Notes under the pieces: generated by a model
Databases searched by the model: none
What the model was told of the DNA's origin: nothing
What the model saw: only the letters and a program-made list of their open reading frames with translations
Translations under genes and position numbers: made by a program
Shown here: positions 54,934 to 64,000 of the stretch, in pieces
Numbering within the stretch: the stretch's first letter is position 1
Layout: each line of letters opens with the position of its first letter
From: an uncultured Chloroflexia bacterium
Lineage (GTDB): Bacteria > Chloroflexota > Anaerolineae > Anaerolineales > Anaerolineaceae
DNA length: 64,000 bases
Direction of reading: 5' to 3'
Assembly (NCBI GenBank): GCA_963747315.1
Contig: CAVVEQ010000011.1
Location: 53,723-117,722, forward strand

Positions 54934-55524
54934 TCAGACATCCAGGGTGCTGCGCAGTTTTTCCAGCTCTTCACCCGTGGGGATCCAGACCTTGGCCGGG
55001 TCGAGATCATAGGACCAGGGCGCGGAGTTCTTCCAGCCGTTCTTCATGCGCTTGCCGTGATAGACGCTTTCGGGATCGTTCACCGTATCGCCTTCAAAGC
55101 CGTCGATGATGTTGTAAAGGTTGGTAAAACCTGCCTTAACAAGCATGTTAATGGCGAAGGCGCTGCGCCCGCCGGAGCGGCACATGGCTACGATGGTATC
55201 GTTCGGCTCGAACAGCTCTTTGACATGGTCGATGAAATCGGGGTTCATCTCAAAGCCGTACTTGCGCTTGTCTGCGTGCCATTGGTATTTAGGAAAAGCC
55301 ACCGGAATATTGACCGCCCCTTCCGCGTGACCGAGGAAGACGTACTCCTCGACCATGCGCACGTCGAGCACCTTGACATTCTCGGGGTCGGCTTTCCACA
55401 TCTCGTAGGCTTCTTTGGCGGTCACATACAGCCCCAGGGCAGTTTGCTTGGCGGGAGGCACTTGCATCCCCGCATGAATGACGGTTCCTTCACTTTCAGT
55501 CATTGGCTCATCTCCTTCTATCAT
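54934..55524 (-). CDS. Rhodanese-domain sulfurtransferase
   Basis: VKVLDVRMVEEYVFLGHAEGAVNIP and active-site loop VAMCRSGGRSAFA. Confidence 0.85.
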   Translation of the reverse strand: MIEGDEPMTESEGTVIHAGMQVPPAKQTALGLYVTAKEAYEMWKADPENVKVLDVRMVEEYVFLGHAEGAVNIPVAFPKYQWHADKRKYGFEMNPDFIDHVKELFEPNDTIVAMCRSGGRSAFAINMLVKAGFTNLYNIIDGFEGDTVNDPESVYHGKRMKNGWKNSAPWSYDLDPAKVWIPTGEELEKLRSTLDV

Positions 55525-55578
55525 TAATTACTGTTGAATGAACACTTATCAGCAGCGGCTTGGCCGCGGTGTTGCCCA

Positions 55579-56438
55579 TCAAAAGTCAGGATCCGGATAC
55601 TCAGTCTCCCGTCCTTCGGTGAAGGCAAGGATTCCCTCGACGCGGTCGCTATGAACGACCGAGCGCCAGTGCTCATTCATCATGATCGCGACTGCCTGTT
55701 CGACAGGCTCGCCCTGTCCATTTGAACAGCACTGCTTGACCGACTGTACCGCCGTAGGCGAGTTGTCCGCGATCTTCTCCGCGATACCCAGCGCCGCACT
55801 CATCAGCTTCGGCCCTGGGGTGGACTTCGTTCACCATTCCAAGCCGGTACGCCTCCTGGGCCGTGATCGGTTCCCCGGTCATCAACATCTGCATCGCCTT
55901 TCCTGGAGGTAGCACACGCGGAAGAAAGACCGGCGAGCCGCCGCCGGCGCTCAAGCCAACGATAGCTTCGGGCTGGCCGAAGACGGCTTCCTCAGAGGCG
56001 ATGATGAAGTCCGTGCTGATGGCGATCTCGCAACCGCCGCCGTAGGCCATCCCATGCACTGCGGCTGAAGATCGGCCGGCGTAACTGGCGCAGCGTGTAG
56101 AGAACGCGATCAAATACCTGGCGCTGGCGCAGCCATTGCTCCTTTGTCATCTGCTTGCGCTGGTACAGGTCGCCGCCCACGGAGAAGGCTCTGTCACCTG
56201 CCCCGGTCAGGATGGCGACGCGCACGGAGGCACGCGCGGCGATGGTCTCGAGTATCTCGATCAGCTGTGCCGCCAGTTCCGTCGTGATGGCGTTGTCGGC
56301 ATGCGGCCGGTTGAGGGTGATGATCGCCACGCGCCCGCCGGAGACGTACTCGACGAGCACGAGCTGGTCAGGCTCGGCGACATCCGCCGGCGGACGGTAA
56401 CCAAGCCGCTGCATGCGTGTATCGTTATCGTTGGTCAT
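55579..56438 (-). pseudogene. Enoyl-CoA hydratase/isomerase (crotonase) family protein, two frameshifts
   Basis: ITLNRPHADNAITTEL...ILTGAGDRAFSVGGDL (55992 ORF), AAVHGMAYGGGCEIAISTDFIIASEEAVFGQPE (55673 ORF) and LMSAALGIAEKIADNSPTAVQSVK (55579 ORF). Shifts lie near 56066 and about 55820. Confidence 0.8.
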
Positions 56439-56790
56439 GATTTTCTCCCAGGTATCCCTTTCACATAGTCTGTTTGAGGTGTATTGCTCTCAAATCCAGG
56501 TCACGTCGACGGGTTTGCGCACAGGAATCCGTTGATACTTCTCAGCTGGAATTCCGATTACAAACGCTCCATTTAGTGATCAGACCACCCGGGCAGGCTC
56601 GGATGCAGCTCCCGCAGGAGATGCATAAACTCTCATCCACCTGGATCATTACATCTAGTTTGTAGGATTACATCTCTAGATTTTCAGTCGGGTGCCAAAC
56701 GCCAGGGAAATGCCGTTTGGCACCCACGTTCAACCTGATTTCAGCTGCTAATGGTTGGTTGAGATCACCTTTGGGTGATCTTTCACTCGG

Positions 56791-57969
56791 CTACCCGAGC
56801 CGCATGGTCATCGCTTCTTCAAGCGTAGTCCCTTGGGGCAGCTTGGCCATGCTGCGCTTCTTCCACTCTTCCTCGAGCAGCTCCGCGGCCGCCTTCTCCA
56901 GGAATTCCGGCGCAGCCCACTCGAACACGTCGAAGTCGTTCTCGATGTAGCCGTGGCTGAACATGAAGTCCTTGTTGATCTGAAGCGTTTGCAGGTTAAT
57001 GGGCGACAGGACCGGCACAAACTCGACGCGCCGGATGCCTTCAACCGTATCTTCTTCATCCCGGTAATAGGTCTGTTTGTTGAGGATGGCTGCCGCGGCG
57101 CGCCTGTGCTCGTTAGCCCAGCGCCCCACCTTGATCAGGCCCTTCAGGAGGGCGACGATCAGCTCCGGGTGCTCCTCGCACGCCACATCGGTGACCGTGA
57201 GGGTCGCCGGGACATTTGCCGCCCCTTGCAGCGTCCAGTCCGGGTACCGGGAGAGGTCCTCGATGGACTTGAACTTGCCGGTTGTCTCCGAGAGCACGCT
57301 CAGGACCTTGCTTTGACTATACATGGCATCAATGACGCCCTTTTCCAGCGCCGTTTCCAGCGGGCGGAACGCCAGGTCGTGCTTGTGGTCGCGCTTCAGT
57401 TGGTACTCATTGGGGTTCTCCATCGGGGTGAGCATCTCGGGCTTGTCGTACCAGTCGTCCGGGTAGGGGAACTCCACGATCTCCACATCGTCGCGGGTCA
57501 TGTCGTTGAGCATGAGCATCAGCTCGATGCCATGCTCTTCCTGCACACGCCACCAGTCGTTCTTGATCACGTTCAGGCTCTTGGAGAGGCCGATCTTCTT
57601 GCCCTTGAGGTGCGACATTTTGTAGATGGGGTCGCGGGCGCGCACCATCATGACGCCGCCTTCGTAAACCTGCGTCGTCCCAATCAGGCGGGTGCGGCGG
57701 ACGTCGGCCTGGACGTGGATAGCCGGGTGGCAGCCGCCATAGCGCATCAGGTTGTCCAGGTTGTGGACGTAGTGCGGGTACCAGTCATTCTCGGTGGTGG
57801 AACGCAGGTACTTGTACGCGACGCCGATCTTCTTAAACTCCTCCTTCACCCAGCCGAGCTCCTGGTCCACGTTGCTGGGGGATATCAGGGGGCAGTTGGT
57901 GTAGTAGAACTCTTTCCAGTCCACATCGACGGAACGCATTGTCTTGCCTTTAAAAGTCATTGTACCCAT
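56791..57969 (-). CDS. DszB-like protein (2'-hydroxybiphenyl-2-sulfinate desulfinase / NMT1-type periplasmic-binding fold, cytoplasmic)
   Basis: No signal peptide. From memory of Rhodococcus DszB: YYTNCPLISP vs YSNCPVPN (catalytic Cys), RYGGCHPAIH...RRTRLIGTT vs RFGGEIPPLL...GRTRLLGIT, LKGKKIGLSKS vs LAGRRIGVSAS, and C-terminal FEWAAPEFLEKA vs DQWAAPEFLNNS. Confidence 0.6.
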   Translation of the reverse strand: MGTMTFKGKTMRSVDVDWKEFYYTNCPLISPSNVDQELGWVKEEFKKIGVAYKYLRSTTENDWYPHYVHNLDNLMRYGGCHPAIHVQADVRRTRLIGTTQVYEGGVMMVRARDPIYKMSHLKGKKIGLSKSLNVIKNDWWRVQEEHGIELMLMLNDMTRDDVEIVEFPYPDDWYDKPEMLTPMENPNEYQLKRDHKHDLAFRPLETALEKGVIDAMYSQSKVLSVLSETTGKFKSIEDLSRYPDWTLQGAANVPATLTVTDVACEEHPELIVALLKGLIKVGRWANEHRRAAAAILNKQTYYRDEEDTVEGIRRVEFVPVLSPINLQTLQINKDFMFSHGYIENDFDVFEWAAPEFLEKAAAELLEEEWKKRSMAKLPQGTTLEEAMTMRLG

Positions 57970-58002
57970 GGCTTATTACTCCTTTTTTTCTTATGAGTTA
58001 GG

Positions 58003-58044
58003 ACTTACGCAGTTCGGGCTAATTTCCCATTCAAGTGCGTAACT
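58003..58044 (-). promoter_or_regulatory. The same inverted-repeat motif upstream of the DszB-like gene
   Basis: Minus-strand reading is AGTTACGCACTT-gaatgggaaattagccc-GAACTGCGTAAGT, about 35 nt upstream of ATG 57969. Confidence 0.5.
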
Positions 58045-58252
58045 TCTATGAGTTTCCCGGGGAAGCAGGCGGCCGGTTGGCCGTACTTGCTTTTCTCCGG
58101 GGTAATCTTGTATTTCTCCATCCATTCAGCTGGTCTCACCGGACCGGCGGTGATGGCAGACCCTTCACAATCAGGCCCGGTCGCCTGGATAGTTCTGGGG
58201 TTTGCTTGGGTTTATTTTTTCCGTGGAGCACTCTCCTTACCAAACAAGCGGC

Positions 58253-61080
58253 TTAATCTCCCGAGAGAGCTGCCGGTGCAGGCTTGCTCACATCGACCGC
58301 CGGCTGCTCACGCTGGCGACTCCGGCGCATGAAGAACTTGATCACTTCGTCGACCAGCAGCAAGGCGAAGGCGAAAGCGATACAGATCAGCCATTGGTTG
58401 GTGCTGATCTGGGTCAAGCCCAACCAGCCAAAGCGAACCGGTATGATGGTCATCAGCAGCGAAATTCCATAGAGCATCAGCTGTTGTCGATTTTTGATGA
58501 CATCGCGGTTGAATGCGCTGGCGGTCTCACTGCGGGCGCTGAGGGCGAGCACGATGATCATAAAGGAGAAGACAACCATTCCCATCGTTGCCGCAACTGA
58601 AGCGCTAGTGGATTGATAGGCTGCCTCCAGATAGATGGTGGCGATCGACATCAGCAGACCAATGAAGGCAATCCGCACCCACTGTACATTTGTAAGGATG
58701 GGCTGCTTGAGCGGTCGAGGTTTGTGCTCCATCAGATCTGACGCAGGGTCGTCAAACCCCAGTGCCAACGCAACCGGGATCTGCACCAGGAAGTTAATCC
58801 ACAGGACAACGAAAGCGGTGAACGGTGTTCCTCCGAGCACGACGAAGAAAGCTGCCAGCAGGTAGGAAATGATGAACGCCACCAGCGATTCCATCTGGAA
58901 GCGGACAAAGTTGAACAGGTTATTGTAGATGGCTCGTCCGAACTCCACCGCCTTGACAATGGTAGCGAAGTTATCATCGGTCAGGATCATCACCGCAGCC
59001 CCCTTAGAGACTTCGGTGCCAGTGATGCCCATCGCTACGCCGATATCAGCCTTCTTCAAGGCGGGTGCGTCATTGACGCCGTCCCCGGTCATGGCTACGA
59101 TGTTATCCAGCTGCTGGAGCATCGTCACCAGGCGAATCTTGTCTTCTGGCGCCACACGCGCTCCACACCAATCTCGGGCAGCTTACTCTTTAGCTCGTCG
59201 TCGCTCATAGCGGCAAACTGTGCGCCGGTCAGGGCGGTGCCGGTGATGCCCAGCTCCTTGCCGATGGCAGCTGCTGTCACGGCGTGGTCGCCAGTGATCA
59301 TGCGCACCTGGATGCCGGCGCTGTGGCACTTGGCAATCGCATCCTTAGCCTCATTGCGGGGTGGGTCCACGATCCCGACCATGGCAAGCAGGGTCAGGTC
59401 TTTCATCAGGTCGATCAGCTTGGCTTTCGGATCAAAGGTCTGCGGGTCGAAGTCACGCCGCGCTACCACCATGACACGCTCACCCGCTTTGGCGATGCGC
59501 TCGTTTTCTTCGAGTGCCAGCTTGCGGTTCTCGTCGGTGACGGGCCGGTCGTCTTCGCCCGGCATCCAGTAGTAACCGCTGCGAGCGATCAGCACGTCGG
59601 GCGCACCCTTGACGAAGGCGCGCACCACCGGCTTGCCTTGCTCATTCTGCATGTTATGGAAGGTAGCCATGAACTTGTAGTCCGAGTCGAAGGGCACTTC
59701 AGCCACCCGGGGGTACATCTCCCGGGCGCCGTCCACGCTGATACCGCCCTTCTCTGCCAGGACGATCAGCGCGCCTTCGGTGGGGTCGCCGATCAGAGCG
59801 CCAGTGTCGTCGAGGCGGGCGTCGGCGCACAGCGCCATTGGCAGCAAGATCTGCTCGAGATCGACCTTGGCGCCGCCTGCACTCAGCAGCTTGCCTTCGG
59901 TGCTGTAAGTCAGGGTGTTTTTCTGCCAGGGCTGCAAACCGGCAACACCGCCTGCCAGTGTCATCGTCCCCTGCGTTCCGTAGCCTTCGCCGGTCACGGT
60001 GAAACGGTTCTGACCGGGGATGGAGAACTCACGCGCCGTCATCTTGTTGAGGGTCAGCGTGCCTGTTTTATCGGAGCAGATGGCGGAGACCGAGCCGAGC
60101 GTCTCCACAGACGGCAAGCGCTTGACGATAGCGCCCTGGGCGGCTAGCGCACGCGTACCCATTGAATACATGGTGGTGACCACCGCCGGCAAACCGGTGG
60201 GAATGGCAGAGATCGCCAGAGCCACGCCGGCGATGAAGATGGTCTCCAGGGGTTGCGCGTTACGTAAACCCATGATCACCATGAGGACAAATGCCAGTCC
60301 AGCCAATGACGCAATGATCACGGTCAGCCGGTCAAGCTGCTTCTGCAGCGGGGTCTTGTCCGCCTCGGTCTTGTTGAGCAGGTCGGCGATGTTGCCCATC
60401 TCGGTGCCCATACCGGTGGTGGTGACGACCATCTCAGCGCGACCACGGGTGACCGAAGTGTTCATATAGGCCATGCAGTGGCGGTCGCCCAGGGGAGCAT
60501 CGGCTTTGGCGATGACTGCGGTGTCCTTGGGCGAAGCTACGCTCTCTCCGGTCAGGGCAGCTTCCTCAATCTCGACATTCGCAGTCACAAAGAGGCGACC
60601 GTCCGCAGGCACGCGATTGCCCGCCTCCATCAGGACAATGTCGCCCGGCACCAGCTCCTCAGCATCCACCTCGACTGCCTGGCCGTCGCGGCGCACACGG
60701 GCGATGCTCTTCATGGAGCTTGCCAGGGCTGCCAGGCTGGCTTCGGCTTTGGCCTCGCCGCGCATGCCCAGGACGGCGTTGAAGACCGTCAGCCCGACCA
60801 GCACCAGTGTGGTGCCCCATTCGCCGGTGAAGATCTGATTGATGATCGCCGCGCCGAGCAGGACGAATTGCATCAGGTCCTGGTATTGTTCCAGAAATGA
60901 CTGCCAACCCGATTTCTTCTTTTTCTCTTCCAAACGATTGGGACCATATTTTTGCAGCCGTTGTTTTGCCTCAGCCGCACTCAAGCCCTTAGCTGGATCG
61001 ACCTGCAGCTGTTTCCCAACTTCTTCCGGCGTCAGCGTGTACCATTTCGGTTGACTATCAGTTGTATCTGCCATTCTCAT
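58253..61080 (-). pseudogene. P-type cation-transporting ATPase (type II, Ca2+/Mg2+-like), single frameshift
   Basis: TGES, CSDKTGTLT and MITGDH (59125..61080 ORF); then ARVAPEDKIRLV, TGDGVNDAPALKKADIGVAMG and C-terminal TM helices (58253..59155 ORF). A one-base shift lies near 59155..59165. Confidence 0.9.
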
Positions 61081-61091
61081 TCTCCTTTATT

Positions 61092-61974
61092 TCAATACTT
61101 TTCCGGGATATAGCGATAGGGATAGTCCGGCTCCACATACTTGCCCTCAGCCTGGCGCTTGGGGAACTTGATCGGCTCGCGGGGCACTTCTACATACGGA
61201 ACCTGGCTGAGAAAATGGGAGATTAGATTCAGCCGCGCCTGGCGTTTGTTGTTGGCTTTTACCACGTACCACGGGCTTTCGGGGGTATCGGTGGCAGCGA
61301 ACATAGCATCCCGCGCCCGGGAGTAATCGTACCAGCGGCTGTAACTCCGCAGGTCCATGGGAGTGAGCTTCCAGATCTTGCGCTGGTCTTCGTCGCGCGC
61401 CCGCAGCCGCTCATCCTGAATGTCCATGTCCACTTCCAGCCAGTATTTGATCAGGATGACACCGGAATGGATGATCGATCTCTCGAACTCCCGGGGCATA
61501 CTTCAAGAAGTATTCCACTTGTTCCTCGGTGGCGTAGCCCATCACGCGTTCCACCCCGGCCCGGTTGTACCAGCTGCGGTCAAAGAGGATTACTTCGCCA
61601 GCAGCCGGTAAGTAAGGCATGTAGCGCTGGAAGTACATCTGCGATTTCTCTCGCTCCGTCGGAGCCGGTAATGCCACGTGACGGAAAACGCGTGGGCTGG
61701 TGCGTTCAGTGATGCGCTTGATCACGCCGCCCTTGCCGGCTGTATCGCGTCCTTCGAACACCACGCACACCTTGGCGCCCGTCGCGATGACCCACTGCTG
61801 CATTTTGACCAGCTCGACCTGTAGCGGCTCGAGGGCTTTCTCAAACTCTTTGTTGTTCATCGGCGGCTTGGGTTCGCCAGGCGCCTCACTGGCTTGGATC
61901 TGCGTCTGCTCAGAGGCGAGCTCCTGTTCCTGCTTTCTCTTCTTGTTTTTCTTCTTGCCTTTATCCTTAGCCAT
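61092..61974 (-). pseudogene. ppk2: Polyphosphate kinase 2, single frameshift
   Basis: VVFEGRDTAGKGG and LFDRSWYNRAGVERVMG (61411..61974 ORF); then PREFERSIIHSGVILIKYWLEV...KIWKLTPMD (61092..61499 ORF). The frames join at the C3G4 run 61490..61496. Confidence 0.85.
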
Positions 61975-62165
61975 CGTTGTCTCCTTGATAATGAATAGTG
62001 CGGACAGTCTAAACTTGCGACCGAGGAATCTAGATCCATCACTTCGCTCGGGATGACAGGCTTTTTGCGTGGCTCACAAAGTGCGAGCAGCTTATCTGGA
62101 AAGAATCGTTTTATGAGACCGAGAAACCCGGTTTCCGGTAGAATCCGGGTTTATTCGAACGACTA

Positions 62166-62483
62166 TCACACGGACGGGTTCTTATCCTCTTCCGCTTCGA
62201 GCATGGCGACTTCCTGATCGGTAGGCTCTTGACCTTCGATGCCGAGATCGCTCATGGCGGCATCCAGTTGTTCTTCTGAAAGATCCTCGACCTTCTTTCC
62301 GGTTTGCTGCTCGACCTGCTGCACCTCGCTCTGCGACATCTTAACCGCGCTCGCCCCTACTGCAACGATCACACCAGTGGCAACGACCATACGTCTGCGC
62401 ATCCGCCTGCGCATCCGGCGGTGCCTGCGCATGACACTCCTTCTTGCTGGACCCCTTCCGGGACCTACGCCTCGTCTTCGCAT
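62166..62483 (-). CDS. Small protein: Arg-rich N-terminus, one TM helix, acidic C-terminus
   Basis: RRHRRMRRRMRRRMVVATGVIVAVGASAV, then QQVEQQTGKKVEDLSEEQLDAAMSDLGIEG. Start codon uncertain. Confidence 0.4.
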   Translation of the reverse strand: MRRRGVGPGRGPARRSVMRRHRRMRRRMRRRMVVATGVIVAVGASAVKMSQSEVQQVEQQTGKKVEDLSEEQLDAAMSDLGIEGQEPTDQEVAMLEAEEDKNPSV

Positions 62484-62558
62484 GTTTTATCTCCCATCCA
62501 TTAGATCTTGATCTTCATCGGTTATTGCCAACACTGACACCCAAAATGCGATGCCAGT

Positions 62559-63101
62559 TCACTCTGCCGGCAGCTCGACCTCTTCCGGCACGACCTCGAC
62601 CGTCTTGCTGTCTTCAGCCAGCTCCTCGACCTTGTCCAGGTGCTCCTCCACGATCTCGGAGACCACCACCTCACCCTGGAAGTTGTGCGCAGCCATGCGC
62701 TCTTTGACGACATCCCAATCGGCTTCTTCAACCAGCACAGCCAGCGCCAATTCATCCGTGGTCATCTTCTCACCGAGTTCCTTGAGCAGCTTGTTCTTGA
62801 TACCGCGATCGAACATGGCAAATGCAGTGCCCAACAGCGCGCCGACGGCGATCCAGGCCGCGCCGCCGAACAGCACGGCGAAGATGATGCCGATGACGCC
62901 GCCTTTGAGAAAGCCTTTGCTGGCCGGGTCGTCCTTGGTCTGGTGCAGCTTGATCTTACCCTTTTCGGTTTTGGTGATCGCCACAGCATCCTTGAGCTTG
63001 ACAATCTTCTCCTTGGCTAATTCCTTGACCGCCTCCAGGGCGGCTTCACCGGTCTCTTTTAGAGGGTACTTGACGACGATGAAGCTATATTTTTCTGACA
63101 T
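62559..63101 (-). CDS. DUF1269-like membrane protein
   Basis: N-terminal ferredoxin-like domain (SFIVVKYPLKETGEAALEAVKELAKEKIVKLKDAVAITK), a Gly-zipper TM pair (GGVIGIIFAVLFGGAAWIAVGALLG) and an acidic tail. Confidence 0.75.
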   Translation of the reverse strand: MSEKYSFIVVKYPLKETGEAALEAVKELAKEKIVKLKDAVAITKTEKGKIKLHQTKDDPASKGFLKGGVIGIIFAVLFGGAAWIAVGALLGTAFAMFDRGIKNKLLKELGEKMTTDELALAVLVEEADWDVVKERMAAHNFQGEVVVSEIVEEHLDKVEELAEDSKTVEVVPEEVELPAE

Positions 63102-63113
63102 GATTTATTCCTT

Positions 63114-64000
63114 TTAATCTGTTGATAGAATTGTTCGGGATAGCATGCCTCCGGAGAGGTTGCGGGCCATAAACCCGTTTTGCAGCAGGATGCGCGTGGC
63201 GTAGTAGGCACGCTGGCCCGAGCGGCAGATGACGTGGATCTCCCGGTCGCGAGGCAGCTCGGCGAGACGGGCGCGGAGCTGATCCAGCGGGATGTTGACT
63301 GCACCCGGCACGCCCTCTACGGCGAGCTCCGCCGGGTGGCGCACATCCAGGAGAAACTCATCCCGGCCGGCATTCTGGCCGGCGGCCTGGAGGGTATTCC
63401 AGTGGCTCAGGGGCAAGTCGCCACGCAGGACATCCGCCGCAACCATCCCGGCAAAGTTGACCGGCGACTTGGCGCTGCCGAACTGCGGCGCGTAGCACAG
63501 CTCGGATTCTTCCAGGTCGTAGACGGTCGCCTCCAGCTGGATGGCCATCGCAATCGCATCGATGCGCTTATCCACCCCGTCCTGACCGACCGCCTGCGCT
63601 CCCAGGAGGCGGCCGTCGGATTTGCGAAAGATGATCTTCATCGCCAGGTACTTCGCGCCGGGATAGTACCCCGCATGGGAGTTCGGATAGAGGTAAGCCT
63701 TCTCGTAATCTGTCTCGCCAATCCGCTTGAGCATCTTTTCGCTGAGACCGGTCCAGGCAGCGGCAGCCCCAAACAGACCGATGATGGCGGTGCCCTGCGT
63801 GCCGCGGTAGCTGGCGTCGCGCCCGGCGATCACATCGGCGGCGATGCGTCCTTGCCGGTTCGCCGGCCCGGCGAGTGCAACCAGCGACCATTGACCGGAA
63901 AGGTAGTCTTTTACCTCCACCGCATCCCCAACGGCGAAGATATCCGGGACGCTCGTGCGCATCTGCTCGTCAACCCGGATGCCGCCCAGCTCGCCGATCT
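63114..64000 (-). CDS. CoA-disulfide reductase/NADH-oxidase-like FAD flavoprotein with a C-terminal rhodanese domain (N-terminus beyond the right edge)
   Basis: DIFAVGDA, the pyridine-nucleotide-disulfide oxidoreductase dimerisation region, and a rhodanese domain with active site VICRSGQRA. The frame stays open from 63962 to the window end (...IGELGGIRVDEQMRTS). Confidence 0.8.
   Translation of the reverse strand, partial: IGELGGIRVDEQMRTSVPDIFAVGDAVEVKDYLSGQWSLVALAGPANRQGRIAADVIAGRDASYRGTQGTAIIGLFGAAAAWTGLSEKMLKRIGETDYEKAYLYPNSHAGYYPGAKYLAMKIIFRKSDGRLLGAQAVGQDGVDKRIDAIAMAIQLEATVYDLEESELCYAPQFGSAKSPVNFAGMVAADVLRGDLPLSHWNTLQAAGQNAGRDEFLLDVRHPAELAVEGVPGAVNIPLDQLRARLAELPRDREIHVICRSGQRAYYATRILLQNGFMARNLSGGMLSRTILSTD

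Overview
This is a high-GC bacterial window with a few clearly AT-richer islands. About 57 protein-coding loci are packed on both strands. I found no rRNA, tRNA or CRISPR array. The gene style (many lipoproteins with Pro/Thr-rich linkers, GT-C and GT2 membrane enzymes, B12-radical-SAM paralogues, abundant hairpin repeats) suggests a Chloroflexota/Anaerolineae-like organism; that is a low-confidence inference.

Recognisable content, left to right:
- corrinoid-binding protein; frameshifted GH1 beta-glucosidase; SAM methyltransferase; PHP phosphoesterase lipoprotein
- MerR plus vWA pair; complete ECF transporter (S, T and fused A-A) with an ArsR-like regulator
- PadR plus HAAS membrane partner; EamA transporter; Fe-S flavoprotein
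- heavily degraded DUF1566/CARDB secreted protein; trypsin-like protease
- tight GT2 / GT-C / unknown / B12-rSAM operon with a convergent second B12-rSAM
- DUF234 ATPase
- envelope redox-repair block: MsrQ, MsrP, a DipZ/TlpA-like redoxin, histidine kinase plus response regulator, a second TlpA-like protein and CcdA
- cupin
- AT-richer cassette: ECF sigma, anti-sigma with an (NDNL)n tail, and a GT-C-like membrane protein
- mobile-element-like replication module: ExeA-like ATPase, RHH protein, RecA/RepA-like ATPase, iteron-like array and Zn-finger/Toprim primase, interleaved with a GH17-like glucanase
- BASS transporter, rhodanese, enoyl-CoA hydratase, DszB-like protein, P-type ATPase, PPK2, DUF1269, and a CoA-disulfide-reductase-like flavoprotein that runs off the right edge

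Most interesting observations:
1. An in-frame TGA sits exactly at the first Cys of the CxxC motif of the DipZ/TlpA-like redoxin, with a SECIS-like hairpin downstream. This is a candidate selenoprotein.
2. A family of roughly 110-bp hairpin (MITE-like) repeats brackets small gene cassettes.
3. The GT2 / GT-C / B12-rSAM cluster has no obvious named pathway. It lies downstream of a promoter-leader copy paralogous to that of the neighbouring DUF234 ATPase gene.
4. There is an iteron-like CACTTAC array, and separately a consensus DnaA box, inside the replication-gene block.
5. An inverted-repeat leader motif (AGTTACGCAGTT ... AACTGCGTAACT) is shared by unrelated genes.
6. At least eight genes carry frameshifts. 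Several sit at mononucleotide runs, so assembly indel error is a serious alternative to true pseudogenisation.
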